Assembly: GCF_009914755.1 (NCBI RefSeq)
Contig: NC_060930.1
Source of the DNA: the human T2T-CHM13v2.0 reference genome, Homo sapiens
Length of the DNA stretch: 64,000 nt
Direction: 5' to 3' (one strand)
Positions within the stretch are counted from its first letter, which is position 1; the number at the start of each line of letters is the position of its first letter. The notes below the pieces were generated by a model, which did not search any database, was not told where the DNA came from, and worked only from the letters and a program-made list of their open reading frames with translations. This document shows, in pieces, positions 40,005 through 62,641 of the stretch. The position numbers were made by a program, and so were the translations under genes.

Positions 40005-43000
40005 TTGCAATCCTAGTGTCTGATAAAACAGACTATAACCAACAAAGATCAAAAAAGAAAAATAAGGGCATTACATAATGGCAAAGGGAACAATGCAACA
40101 AGAAGCACTAACTATCCTAAACATATATGCACCCAATACAGGAGCACCCAGATTCATAAAACAAGTTCTTAAGGACCTACAAAGAGACTTAGACTCTCAC
40201 ACAATAATAGTGGGAGATTGTAACACCACACTGTCAATATTAGACAGATCAACAAGACAGAAATTAGCAAGGATACTAAGGAACTTGAACTAAGCTCTGG
40301 ACCAAGTGGATCTAATAGACCATTGCAGAACTCTCCACCCCAAATCAAAGGAATACATATTCTTCTCAGCACCACATAGCACTTATTCTAAAATTGACCA
40401 CATAATTGGAAGTAAAACACTCCTCAGCAAATGCAAAAGAATGAAAGTCATAACAAACAGTCTCTCAGACCACAGTGCAATCAAATTAGAACTCGGGATT
40501 AAGAAACTCATTCAAAACTACACCACTATATAGAAACTGAGCATCCTGCTCCTAAATGATTACTGGGTAAATAACAAAATGAAGGAAGAAATAAATAAGC
40601 TCTTTGAAACCAATGAGAACAAAGATGCAACATACCACAATCTCTGGGACAGAACTAAGGAAGTGTTTAGAGGGAAATTTATACCACTAAATGCCCACAG
40701 GAGAAAGCAGGAAAGATCTAAAATTGAGACCCTAACATCACAATTAAAAGTACTAAAGAAGCAAAAGCAAACAAATTCAAATACTAGCAGAAGACAAGAA
40801 ATAACTTGAGATCAGAGCAGAACTGAAGGAGATAGAGACACGAAAAACCCCTCAAACAAATCAATGAATCCAGGAGCTAGTTTTTTGGAAAAGATAAAGA
40901 AAATAGACCGCTAGAAAGACTAACAAAGAAGAAAAGAGAGAAGAATCAAATAGACAAAATAAAAAAAGATACAGGAGATATCATCACTGATCCCACAGAA
41001 ATACAAACTACAATCAGAGAATACTATAAATACCCCCACACAAATAAACTAGAAAATCTAGAAGAAATGGATAAATTCCTGGACACATACACCCACCCAA
41101 GACTAAACCAGGAAGAAGTCAAATCCCTGAATAGACCAATAACAAGTCCTGAAATTGAGGCAGTAATTAATAGCCTGTTAACCAAAAAAAGCCCAGGACC
41201 AGAAGGATACACAGCCAAATTCTACCAGAGGTACAAAGAGGAGCTGGTACCATTCCTTTTGAAACTATTCCAAACAATTTTTTAAAAGGGAATCCTCCCT
41301 AATTCTTTTTATGAGGCCAGTATCATATTGATTCCAAAACCTGGCAGAGACAAAAACAACAAAAAAAGAGAATTTCAGGCCAATATCCCTGATGAACATC
41401 AATGTGAAAATCCTTAATAAAATACTGGCAAACCAAATCCAGCAGCATATTAAAAAGGTTATCCACCACAATCAAGTTGGCTTCATCCCTGGGATGCAAG
41501 GCTGGTTCAACATATGCAAATCATAAACATAATCCATCACATAAACAGAACCAATGACAAAAACAACATGATTACCACAATAGATGAAGACAAGGCTTTC
41601 AATAAAATTCCACACCTCTTCATGCTAAAAACATTCAATAAACTAGGTACTGAAGGAATGTACCTCAAAATAATAAGAGCTATTTATGACAAACCCACAG
41701 CCAATATCATAATAATGGGCAAAAGCGGGAAGCATTCCCTTGGAAAACTGGCACAAGACAAGGATGCCCTATCTCACCACTCCTATTTAACACAGTATTG
41801 AAAGTTCTGGCCAGGGCAATCAGGCAAGAGAAAAACATAAAGCATATTCAAATAGGAACAGATGAAGTCAAATTGTCTTTGTCTGCAGATGACAGGATTG
41901 CATACTTAGAAAGCCTCATCATCTCAGCCCAAAAACTCCTTAAGCTCATAAGCAACTTCAGCAAAGTCTCAGGACACAAAATCAATGTGCAAAATCCACA
42001 AGCATTGCTATACACCGATAATAGACAAAGAGAGAGCCAAATCATGAGTGAAGTCTCATTCACGATTGCTACTAAGAGAATAAAATACCTAGGAATACAA
42101 CTTACAAGGGATGTGAAGGACCTCTTCAAGGAGAACTACATACCATTGCTCAAGGAAATAAGAGAGGACACAAACAAATGGAAAAACATTCCATGCTTAT
42201 GGATAGGAAGGATCCATATTGTGAAAATGGCCACACTTCCCAAAGTAATTTATAGATTCAATGCTATCCCCTTCAAGCTACCATTGACTTTCTTCACAGA
42301 ATGAGAAAAAACTACTTTAAATTTCATATGGAACCAAAAAACAGCCCGTATAGCCAAGACAATCCTAAGCAAAAAGAACAAAGCTGGAGGCATCATGCTA
42401 CCTGACTTCAAACTATACTACAAGGCTACATTAACCAAAGCAGCATGGTACTTGTACCAAAACAGATGTACAGACCAATGGAACAGAACAGAGACCTGAG
42501 AAATAACACCACACATCTACAACCATCTGATCTTTGACAAACCTGATAAAAACAAGCAATGGGGAAAGGATTCCCTATTTAAAAACTGGTGTTGAGAAAA
42601 CTGGCTAGCTATAGGCAGAAAACTAAAACTGGGCCCCTTCCTTACACTTTTTACAAAAATTAACTCAAGATGGATTAAAGACTTAAATATAAAACCTAAA
42701 ACTATAAAAAGCCTATAAGAAAACATATGCAATACCATTCAGGACATAGGTATGGGCAAAGATTTCATGAGTCGAACACCAAAAGCAATGGCAACAAAAG
42801 CCAAAATTGACAAATGGGATCTAATTAAACTGAAGAGCTTCTGAACACCAAAAGAAACTATCATCAGAGTGAACAGGCAACCTACAGAATGGGAGAAAAA
42901 TTTCACAATCTATCCATCTGACAAAAGGATAACATCCAGAATCTACAAGAAACTTAAACAAATTTTGAAGGAAAAAACCAACAACCCCAAAAAAAGTGGG

Positions 43001-43714
43001 TGAAGGATACGAACAGACACTTTTCAAAAGAAGACATTTATGTGGCCAACAAACATATGAAAAAAAGCTCATCATTACTGGTCATTGGAGAAATGGAAAT
43101 CAAAACCAAAATGAGATACCATCTCACACCAGTTAGAATGGCAATCATAAAAAAGTCAGGAAACAACAGATGCGGGAGAGGATGTGGAGAAAGAGGAACG
43201 ATTTTACACTGTTAGTGGGAGTGTAAATTAGTTCAACCATTGTGGAAGACAGAGTGAAGATTTTTCAAGGATCTAGAATTAGAAATACCATTTGACCCAG
43301 CAATTCGATTACTGGGTATATACCCAAAGGATTATAAACCATTCTACTATAAAGACACATGCACACACTTTTTTTTGGAGCACTATTCACAATAGCAAAG
43401 AGTTGGAACCAACCAAATGCCCATTAATGATAGACTGGATAAATAAAATATAGCACATATACACCATGGAATACTATGCAGCCATAAAAAAGGATGAGTT
43501 CATGTCCTTTACAGGGACATGGATGAAGCTGAAACCATCATTCACAGCAAACTAACACAGACACAGAGAACCAAACACTGCATGTTCTCACTCATAAGTG
43601 AGGGGAACATCACAGACCAGGGCTTGTCAGGGGGTGGAGGGCAAGGGGAGGGATAGCATTAGGAGAACTATTTAATGTAGATGTTGGGTTGATGAATACA
43701 GCAAACCACCATGG

Positions 43715-43774
<60 letters not shown>

Positions 43775-43832
43775 ACAAATCTGCTCATTCTGCACATGTA
43801 TCCCAGAACTTAAGGTATAATTAAAAAAAAAA
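39911..43832 (+). mobile_element. 5'-truncated L1PA (L1PA7/8-like) covering nearly all of ORF2; dead
   Basis: EN motifs (LNIYAPNTGAP, SDHSAIKLE), RT motif (SADD), multiple stops, L1PA 3'UTR with a (CA)n expansion at about 43720-43763, poly(A). Confidence 0.97.
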
Positions 43833-45570
43833 TCTAGAGGCACAATGCTTGAAAAAAATGTTCAAATCACCTACTTAACTCATTCAAATTATTTATTAAA
43901 TTCGATTTCATACTGTAAAATCATATTATTAAAACATAACTGAGCTGGGAAAGATGGTCAACTAGATGCAGCCAGGTGGAACAGCTGCCAACAAGGGACT
44001 AGGACAATTGGAGCTTTCCTATCAGATCTTCAGAGGGAAGGCACAGAGAGTGGATGCAGGGAAGAAACAAAAGCTGGGCTGAAGGTGGAGGAAGCCAGGA
44101 ACCCTGAAAGAAGGCTGCCATGCACTGGAACTTAATAGTGGCCCCCAATGGCTCCAGGGGAACAGGTGAGTTGAACTGGCAAAGAGCAACTAATTTTTGC
44201 CATGGATCTCAGGAATGCTGGCAGGAGGAGATCCCTCAACCACCACAGACAGTTGAGTCAACAGGGAGAACTGCTCAGAGAAGTGGTAGGGGCAACAGGG
44301 AACCCAGAGGGTTTGGTGTGAGAGTACCTGTATTGAAGCACAGCCATAGATACCTTTCCCCCAAGGCCTGACTTGCTCCCAGAAGAGGCTTTAGCCATAG
44401 GGAAACTTTCACACCTGAACTCTGCAGGGTGGTTCTTGACCATCACATGAGGCTGGTCTGACCTGAGCATCTGTTGGTTTGCTGGCTTCTACCAGGGTCC
44501 AAGCTTGGCTGTACTTGCTTTCATTGCAGCCTTGAGTATACTAAGGGCCTGCATCATAGCTCTTCTACTTGCTGACCATGTCTGACTGGCAGAGAGTTTT
44601 AGCAAGGTGGCATTTGCAGCCATGCACCAGCCTGCCCATTCCATCTCTCAACTGCACAACTACACCTTCCTCAGACCTGTGGCCAAGCCCCACATGGCTT
44701 TCCCAGAGCATGTGTGTGGGCAGACCTTGCCTTCCCTGCTCTAACAGCGTGCATGTGCCCATGTGCCTGCCCTGCCCCTTCTGGCAGTGGGAGTGCATTC
44801 TGCCCCCACCTCCCCTGTCATACCAACATTGGTGTCAAAGCTTTGGTGGGCACAGAGCCCACCAAAACCCTTCCTCCACAAGCACCCTGCCCCTGCACCA
44901 ACACTGCTGCTGGAGTGAGAACAGTGGACCCTCCCCTACCCTAAGCAGCCACCTCTGCCTCTGTGAATGCTCACAGAGGGTGTATACAGTCCTGTGAATG
45001 CAATGCCCTAGCCCCATTCAAACACCACTAGCAATGCAACCATATGTACAGTCACCAGTGGGGTACTCCTCAACTGTGCTGCCTCCAATGTTGGGGCTAA
45101 CACGCCATGGAGGCCAGCACCCTGATACCTGCTAGCACCCTGACACAGCTGTTAAGTGTGAACTCTGCCATAGCCATGCTTGCTGCTGTTGACATGTGTG
45201 AAAGAGGACAGATCTTGCTGCCACCACCCTTTGGCTGGCATCATCCATTGAAGTGCTGGGACTAGGAATATTTTGTCACCCCCATTGGAGTGGGTCCTTA
45301 AGGTCAAGGAGTCGGAGAACAAAGTCAGGGCCCAAACAAATTCCCCAATCTACAGCATGCAGTACAGGAGTTGTGAACTGACCCTTAGCCCCCTAAAATG
45401 TTCCAGAAATGAATCCAGTCAACGGAACCAACCTTATACCACAATTCAACCCACAAGGTCATCAAATAAGATAAAAGAAGAAAGAAAAACAAAGAGAGCA
45501 ACTTCAAAGATTGAAGAAGCATCATTTCACAATGATAAGAGAAAATCAGCACAAGAACTCTGACAACTCA

Positions 45571-46050
<480 letters not shown>

Positions 46051-46164
46051 AATCCAGTCCAAGGAAGCCAAGAATCACAATAAAACAATACAGGAGCTGA
46101 CAGACAAAATAGCCGCTATAGAAAAGGATGTAACTTATCTGACAGAGCTAAAAAACACACTACT

Positions 46165-46471
46165 GGCCAGGCGCAGTGGCTCACGCCTGTAATCTCAGCA
46201 CTTTGGGAGGCTGAGGCAGGTGGATCACAAAGTCAGGAGATAGAGACCATCCTGGCTAGCATGGTGAATTGCTGTCTGTACTAAAAATACAAAAAATTAG
46301 TGGGGCATGGTGTCGGGCACCTGTAGTCCCAGCTACTCAGGAGGCTGAGGCAGGAGAAAGGCGTGAACCTGGGAGGCGGAGCTTGCAGTGAGCCAAGATC
46401 ACGCCACTGCACTCCAGCCTTGACAACAGAGCGAGACTCCGTCTCAAACAAAACAAAACAAAACAAAAAAA
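46165..46471 (+). mobile_element. AluY-like
   Basis: 'ggcgtgaacctgggaggcggagcttgcagtg' diagnostic segment; TSD aaaaacacactact / aaaaaccactact. Confidence 0.95.
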
Positions 46472-49400
46472 CCACTACTATAAATTCATAATGCTATCAC
46501 AGGTAATAGTAGACCAAACTGAAGAAAGACTTTTAGAGCTTAATGACTGGTTTTCTGAAATAAGACAGTCAGACAACAATAGAGAAAAAGAACAAAAAAG
46601 AATGAAGAAAAAATTAAGAAAAATATGGAATTATGAAAAGAAATTATATCTAAAACTCATTGGTGTCCCTGAAAGAGATGAGAATAGAAGCAACCTTGAA
46701 AACCTGTTTCAGAATATCACCAATGAGAATTCTCCAAACTAGCTATAAATGTCAACATTCAAATTCAGGAAATGCAGAGAACCCCAGTAAGATACTTCAC
46801 AAGATCAGCTCCAAGAAACATAATTATCAGACTTTCCATGGTCAAAATGAAAGAAAAAACTGTTAAAGGCAGCTAGAAAGAAAGGTCAGGTCAGCTACAA
46901 AGGGAAGCTCATCAGACTAATAGCAGGTCTCTCTGCAGAAACCTTACAAGCCAGAAGAGATTGGGGGCCAATATTGAACATTCTTAAAAAAAAAGAAATT
47001 CCAACCAAGAATTTCATATCCAACCAAACTAAGCTTCATAAGCAAGGGGGAAAAAAGATCCTTTTCAGGTAAGCAAATGCTCAGGGAATTCATTATTATC
47101 AGACTGGCCTTACAAAAGCTCCTGAAAGAAGCACTAAAAATGTAAAGGCAAAACCATTACCAGCCACTGCAAAAACACACTTAAATATGCAGACAAGTGA
47201 CAATATAAAGCAACCATAGAAACAAGTCTGAATAACAAACACCTAACATCATGATGAAGATCAAATTCATAAATACTAATATCTACCTAAAATCATGATG
47301 AAGATCAAATGCACAAATATCAATATTAACCTTGAATGTAAGTGGGCTAAATGCCCCCAATTAAAAGGCACAGAGTGGCAAGCTGGATGAAGAACCAAGA
47401 CCCAATGATATGCTTTCTTCAAGAGACCCATCTCACATGCAATGACACCCTTAGGCTCAAAATAAAAATATGGGTAAAAATCTACCAAGCAAATGGAAAA
47501 CATAAAAAATCATGGGTCCTTATTATAATTTCAGACAACATAGAACTTTGACCCAACAAAGATAAAAAAAGAAAAAAATGGCATTACATAATAGTAAAAT
47601 GTTTAACAAGAAAACCTAACTAGCCTAAATTTATATGCACCCAACAAGGAGCACCCAGATTCATATGGTAAGTTCTTGAAGGGCTTCAAAGAGACTTAGA
47701 TTCCCACACAATAATAGTGGGAGATTTAAACACCCTACTGACAATATTATGCAGATCATCAAGGCATAATATTAACAAAGATATTTAGGAACTGCACTCA
47801 GCACCCAAATTGACTTAATAGACATCTACAGAACTCTCCACCCAAAACCAACAGAATATGCATTCTTCTCATTGCCACATGGCACATATTCTAAAATCAA
47901 CCACACAGTTGGACATAAAGTAATCCTCAGCAAATGCAAAATAACTGATATCATACAAACCATTCTTTTGAATCACAGCACATTAATATTAGAAATCAAG
48001 ACTTAGAAAATCATTCAAAACCATAAAATTACATGGAATTGAATAACATGCTCCTGAATGACTTTTGGGTAAATGGTGATATTCAGGCAGCAACCAAAAA
48101 GTCTTTTGAAACTAATGACAGCACACAAACCACATACCAGAATCTCTGGGACACAGCCAAGGCAGTGTCAAGAGAGAAATTTATAGTACTAAATACCCAC
48201 ATTTAAAAAATTAGAAAGATTAAATTTAATAACCTAACATCACTGCTAAAATAACTAGAACGAAGCACAAACTAACCACAAAACTAGCAGAAGACAAGAA
48301 ATAACCAAAATGAGAGCTGAACTGAAGGAGACTGAGACATGAGAAACCACTCAAAAGATCCAGAAGTTGGTTTTATTTTAAAAATTAATAAAATAGATAG
48401 ATTATTAGCTAGACTAACAAAGAAGAAAAGAGAGACAATCCAAATAAACACAACTAAAAACCACAAAGGAGATAATACCACTGACCCCACAGAAATACAA
48501 GTAACCATCAGAAAATATAATGAAAACCTCTATGAACACAAACTAGAAAACCTAGAAGACATGGATAAATTCCTAGATACATACCTGCTCCCAAAACTGA
48601 ACCAGGAAGAAACTGAATCCCTGAACAGAACAATCATGAGTTTCAAAACTGAATCAATAATAAATAGCCTATCAACCAAGAAAATCCCAAGACCAGATGA
48701 ATTCACAGCCAAATTCTACCAGATGTTTAAAGAAGAGCTGGTACCATTTCTGCTGAAACCTCCATAACTTATTCTATGAGGCCAGCATTATCCCGATACA
48801 AAAACCTGGTAGAGACACAACAACAACAAAATCTTCAGGCTAACAATATTGATGAATATCAATGCAAAAATTCTCAAGAAAAAATAAATAATAGCAAACT
48901 GAATCTAGCAGCACACCAAGCATGGCTGGTTCAATATAGGCAAATCAATAAATGTGATTAATCACATAAATAGAGCTAAAGGCAAAAACCACATGATTAT
49001 CTCAATAGATATAGAAAAGACTTTTGATAAAATTCAACATCCATTCATATTAAAAACTCTCAGTAAATCAGGTATTGAAGGAACATACCTCAAAACAACA
49101 AAATCCATCTATGACAAACCCCCAACCAACATTACACTGAATGGGCAAAAACTGGAAGCATTCCCCTTGAAAACTGTCATAAGACAGGGAGACCACTCTT
49201 ATCACTCCTTTTCAACTTAGTAATGGAAGTATTGGCTACAGCAATCAGAGAAAAGAAACTAATAGAGGCATCCAAATAGAAAAAGAGGAAGTCAAACTGT
49301 CTCTTTTTGCACACTACATGATTCCATATCTAGAAAACCCCATCGTATGAGCCCAAAACCTCCGTCAGCTGATAAACCACTTCAGCAAAGTTTCAGGATA

Positions 49401-49816
49401 CAAAGTTAATGTAAAAAAACCACTAGCATTCTTGTACATACAAAGCAGTCAAGCTGAGAAGCAAATCAGAAAGGCAATCTCATTATCAATTGCTACAAAA
49501 AGAATAAAATACTTAGGAATACAGCTACCAGAGAAGTGACAGATCTGTACAAGGAGAATTAAAATCACTCTTCAAAAAAATAAGATAACTGAAACTAATG
49601 GAAAAACATCCCAAGCTCATGGATAGTAAGAATCAATATCATCAAAATGGCCATATTGCCCAAAGCTTTGTTCAGATTCAATGCTATTTTTATCAAACTA
49701 CCAATGACATTCTTCATAGAACTAGGAAAAGCTAGTTCCAAATATATCTGGAAACAATAAAGAGCCTGAATAACCAAGGCAATCTATAGGATCTAATTAC
49801 ATTAAAGAGCTTCTGC

Positions 49817-49870
<54 letters not shown>

Positions 49871-51574
49871 ACCAACAGATTTAACAGACAACCTACAAAA
49901 TGGGAGCACATTTTTACCAACTATACATCTGAAAAAGGTATAAAATCCAGCATCTATGAGACACTTAAATTTACAAGCAAAAAGCAACCCCATTAAAAAG
50001 TGGGCAAAGAGCATGAACAGACATTTTTAAAAGAAGACATAGATGTGGCCAAGAAGAATACGAAAAAAAGCTCAACATCACTGATTATTAGAGAAATGCA
50101 TATCAAATCTACAATGAGATAGTATCTCACACTAGTCAGAATACCTATTATTATAAAGTCAAACAATAAGAGATACAGGCAAGATTGTGCAGAAAAGGAA
50201 ACTCTTATGCACTGTTGTTGGGAGTGTATATATTAGTTCAACCACTGTGGAAAGCAGTGTGGTGATACCTCAAAGAGCTAAAACCAGAACTACTATTCGA
50301 CCTAGCAAACCCATTACTTGGTATATACCCAAAGGAATTTAAATCACTCTATCATAAAGGCACATACATGCATACGTTCAATGTAGCACTACTCACAATA
50401 GCAAAGACATGGAATCAACCTAAATGCCCATCAGTGGTAGACTGAATAAAGAAAATGTGATGCATGTACACCATGGAGTATACACAACCATAAAAAGAAT
50501 GAGATTATGTCCTTTGCAGGACATAGATGGAGTTGGAGGTCATTATCCTTAGCAAACTAACACAGGAAGAGAAAACCAAATACTGAATGTTCCCACTTAC
50601 AAGTGGGAGCTAAATGGTGAGAACACATGAACACATAGAGGAAAACAATAGATATGGGGGCCTACCTGAGGATGAAGGGTAGGAAGAGAGAGAAGATCAA
50701 GAAAAATGACTATTGGATAATAGGCTTAACATTTGGGTGATGAAATAATCTGTACAACAAACCTCTGTTACACAAATTTACCTATATGACAAACCTGCAC
50801 ATGTACCCCTGAACTTAAAATAAAAGTTAAAATAAGTAAATAATAAATAAAATAAAGCATAACCAAAACAATTGTTGATAAAACTACCATTACAGAAACA
50901 TAATTGAGAACATTTATTGCAACTATTATATATCAGTATTTTACACTATTTTCCGACTGACTTATTTATCCTAAATAATAAACAGTTCATGAAGTTTGTA
51001 ACAAAACTTCTGCTATGTTTTATATGAGTTATATATTATAATATCTAATTTAATTTAAATATATGAAAATATAATCTTGTCATATACAATGTTTTCACCA
51101 TTCTGGGAACCTCTAATTTTGTTTATCTTTAAAAATGAGTATTGTCTTTCTCAAAGATGAAAGTAAAATAAAAGTAATTGTTAATTGAGTTTTAAAATTT
51201 GTATTCATAATTCAAATATTATGTAAAATTTGATAAATATTTCTAGAACAAGAAGTATTTCATAATGGTAAAAGTCCGAGTTATCAAGAATATATCATAA
51301 TCTCAAATATATCAAATATATAACAGAATTTTTTCTAGTGTGCATAAGATAAAATCCATTAAAATATATTTTTTAAAACTTTAAGTATCTAGTATTATAG
51401 CTAGTGATCATAACCATCTCTCTCAGTAACTGATAGAACAAGCAGACAAAATATCAGTATGCATTTCAATAATTTGAAAAAATTGATCTACCTTTCTGAC
51501 CTGTTTGACCTTTGTCATATACTTCATCCGACATGGCAAAAGGTATACAAAGTGCCTGTGAAATGTTCATCAAG

Positions 51575-57032
<5,458 letters not shown>

Positions 57033-57179
57033 TATAGCATAGTCATTACAAGCTAATTACCTGATTATTGGTTTCCTGAGTAATCACAAACTTCCCAACA
57101 TGTCCAAATGCATTGAATATTCATTCATTTTGAAGGAAGGTTACTGTTCTGCTTAAATTAACTAAGAAATTTAGTTCTG

Positions 57180-57498
57180 TTTTCTTTTCTTTTCTTTTTT
57201 TCTTTTTTATTTTTTTGAGAAGGAGTCTTGCTCTGTCGCCCAGGCTGGAGTGCAGTGGCGCTATCTCGGCTCACCGCAAGCTCTGCCTCCCAGGTTCACG
57301 CCATTCTCCTGCCTCAGCCTCCTGAGTAGCTGGGACTACAGGTGCCCGCCACCACGCCCGGCTAATTTTTTTGTATTTTTTAGTAGAGACGGGGTTTCAC
57401 TGTGTTGGCCAGGATGGTCTTGATCTCCTGACCTAGTGATCCACCCGCCTCGGCCCCCAAAGTGCTGGGATTACAGGCATGAGCCACCGAGCCTGGCC
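57180..57498 (-). mobile_element. AluY
   Basis: CpG-rich; 'gcaagctctgcctcccaggttcacgccattctc'. Confidence 0.95.
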
Positions 57499-58164
57499 AA
57501 AACTTAGTTTTGATTTGGCTATAATCTATAAATTCAATACATAAATGATAAATTCGGTAAATAATAACTATTATAAATAAATTTATAATTTTATTCACAA
57601 ATCTATAAATATAATCCAATAATGAATTCAATATATGAACAATAGCACATAAATCCTACATAAACAAATCTCTAAAAATTCAATAAATAAACAATATTAA
57701 TATTGTTTTTCTGAAGTCTATTTCAAATTCCTCAGGACACTAATGGCAAACACAATACACTGAAGGAAATGCATACTTACGTTAGCAAAAATGATCTATC
57801 TTTTGGAACTACATCTGGCTTAGGATTTCACTCTTCCTATCTTAGCACTTTCCAAGGATGCACAGGATCAAGCATACAAATGGAGCTGTGTATCTACTGG
57901 AAGTTACATTTTTCCCTGAAACTTAATCTATCTGAAGTCTGCATGCCTTTTTGCCTGCAGCAGTTCAATTCTGACAATCTAGCCATGAGTTAGAGTGAAC
58001 AATTAGACTGAAGACTTTATTACACAATTTCTTTACTGTTAATCATTTTCTGTGTTATTTTTGCTACAACACACACACACAGGATCATTTATGATACACA
58101 TGATTAGCTTGGGTTTTGTAAAAGGGAAGGTATCCACTTCTAATGTTACACAACTTTCTAGTTC

Positions 58165-58396
58165 ATCAGTTATCAAACTATGATCCAGGGTCTAAATCAA
58201 ATCCTTGGCCTGTTTTTGTTTGGCCTGAGAGCTAATTTTTTTTTTTCACTTTTAAAGGATTGTTAAAAACATTCTAAAGAGAAAAATGAAAAGAGAAGAG
58301 GAAAAATAAAAATATACAAAAGAGACTACTATATTGCCTGCAAAACCCAAAATATTGACTATATGGTTGTTTACTTAAAAAGTTTGCTGACTCTTT
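58165..58396. mobile_element. MER58B-like hAT MITE
   Basis: 'gcctgcaaaacccaaaatattgactat...aaaagtttgctgactct'. Confidence 0.7.
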
Positions 58397-58709
58397 TGCT
58401 AATTTATTATTTAATGTCATATAGTTTTTATTTATATTTAGAGGGTTTTAGCTATTTTTGCATACAAAAACAATTATACCAATTATACAAAATTGTTAGA
58501 ATTCCTACTAGAGTCATACACAAATTTTTGGAATCCCGATTATAATCATAGCTTATTACTAACAGACATTCAGGCATTCATAGGTACTACAGATACTCAT
58601 ATACTCATATATCAAATTCAAGCTAGGCTGCTGGGAAATATGTGTTTATGTCACCTGGCAATGGAAAGAAAGTCCAGGCAATGTGGAAAAACCATCCACA
58701 TCCCCAAGT

Positions 58710-58711
58710 AA

Positions 58712-58762
<51 letters not shown>

Positions 58763-58876
58763 TATATATATACACATATATATACACATATATGCACATA
58801 TATACACATATATACACATATATATGCACATATATACACACATATATATATACACATATATATACATATATATATA
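58710..58876. repeat. Compound A/(TA)n/(CA)n/(TATACACA)n microsatellite
   Basis: Read directly. Confidence 0.95.
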
Positions 58877-59012
58877 ATTGTGCATAATATTGTTTTACTT
58901 AATGTTTTTCCTCCCACTCGTCCCACATTGTCCATCCCCCTTCACCTCAGCAAAATAAGCAATTATCTGCTGAATCTTGAGAATGAGATCACTGTTATTT
59001 ATATTTCTTTGC

Positions 59013-59604
<592 letters not shown>

Positions 59605-60171
59605 CTAGAACAGTGACAGGTGCAACACAGGACCCCTCCACCCCTCAAAGTCACCCATCCCCGTCAGGATAGACAAACATACTATTGACATCGCCCCCAC
59701 TCTAGAGGTCTGTACCGAACACTCTGCGTTCACCTTCCTTCAGTTTGCGCAATTGCTTTGCTTTGGCGCTTCCTAGGCGCACCTACCTGCACTCTTTCCA
59801 GTTTCTCAATACTGCAACAGGTGCAATGAAACAGCAAATACGAAAAGCAGGAGGCTTCATTATCCCGGATTCCTTCACTCTCTCTGCCAGAATTCGTGTT
59901 TCTTTGCTCTAACCCTTCACCTCAGTGCCCTGGCACCCCCACCCACCGCGCCTGTTTTCCCAGCCTCCTTGGTGGAAGAAGTGGCCCCCGCGTACTGGTC
60001 GGACTAATGTGAATTCCCTCTCCAGCATGATAGATTGCAGTTCCAAACTAGAACTCTAAAAATGAGACTGTAGAAATGTAAATGTGTCCCTTTAGAGGGG
60101 TCTTAGTGGGGATGGAGGGGTGAGAAGGCAGAACTATTTGCTTTTAAGAGCATTTATTTATCTTCTTTAAG

Positions 60172-60306
60172 ATTAGGAGATATACCTAGTGTAAATGACG
60201 AGTTAATGGGTGCAGCACACCATCATGGCACATGTATACATATGTAACAAACCTGCACCTTGTGCACATGTACCCTAGAACTTAAAGTATAATAATAATA
60301 AAAAAA
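60172..60306 (+). mobile_element. Very short L1PA (about L1PA4/5) 3' end
   Basis: 'ttaggagatatacct..gtaaatgacgagttaatgggtgcagcacacc...gtaccctagaacttaaagtataat'. Confidence 0.92.
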
Positions 60307-60872
60307 TTTTTTCTCCTCACTCACTCCCTTGGCAAGATACTGTAATAGGAAGTGAGGTGAAAATGCTGATGGCCCAATACATTTGGGGCTATTTAGAGCC
60401 AGAAGAGCTGGAGAAAGGGGGAAATGAGAAGGCAACTTTGTATATATTCCTGTAACCCTCTGCTCTCTAATTTTGTTTCAACAATTTGAGGACCAGATGC
60501 AGAGAAGTACACGCTGTATTTCTAACGATTAATTGATCACGGACTCTCCGCAATATACCCCTCAAAATCTGCAGTCCTGGGCTCTCTATGGGGCTCCTAC
60601 GTTCTTCCCAAAGGAGAGAGCTGCCAGCACCAACACCCTTGACTGTTTTCTTCTATGTGTTTGCCTTCAGTGAAAGTTCAAATGCATATCCTCCACGTGC
60701 TACTCCTTTGTAGCCTGCAGTTGTCAAAGTTGAAAGTCAGCGCACCAGCTTACCTCCATGGGTGAAGTGAAAGTCGTCTAGGCATGGCATAATGTATTTT
60801 AGTAAGAAATGTTTTGTTGCAATAAATGGATTATTTGGATGATGCCAAACTGAAGGTGGGAGGGACAGTTTA

Positions 60873-62081
<1,209 letters not shown>

Positions 62082-62275
62082 AGATATTTTAATTATTTAA
62101 TATTTTGTTATTGCCTTTTATATACCTAACAGCTACAATGGGAAAAAAGCATACAGTCGGCTCTCCATGTCCACTGTTCTACATCTATGGTTTCAAACAA
62201 ATCTTAGATCAAAAATATTCAGAAAATTGAAAACAAATACAATAGATGATAATACAAATTTAAACAGCAATACAA

Positions 62276-62555
62276 GGCGAGATGCAGTGGCTCATGCCTG
62301 TAATCCCAGCACTTTGGGAGGCCAAAGAGGGCAGATCACTTGAGGACAGGAGTTTGAGACCAGCCTGACCAACATGATGAAACCCTGTCTCTACTAAAAC
62401 TACAAAAATTAGCTGGGCATAGTGGTGGGTGCCTGTAATCCCAACTTCTCAGGAGGCTGAGGCAGGAGAATCACTTGAGCATGGGAAGCAGAGGTTGCAG
62501 TGAACCGAGATCTCTCCACTGCCCTCCTACCTGGGTGACAAAGCAAGACTCCATA
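62276..62555 (+). mobile_element. AluS
   Basis: Full Alu body. Confidence 0.93.
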
Positions 62556-62582
62556 GAAAGAAAGAAAGAAAGAGAGAAGGAG

Positions 62583-62641
<59 letters not shown>

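Noticed and set aside
44120-45563. Cluster of GC-rich ORFs
   Set aside because: Lie in the 5'UTR of an old L1; no recognisable protein.
58623-58935. Several Y/I/C-rich ORFs
   Set aside because: Translation of a dinucleotide microsatellite.
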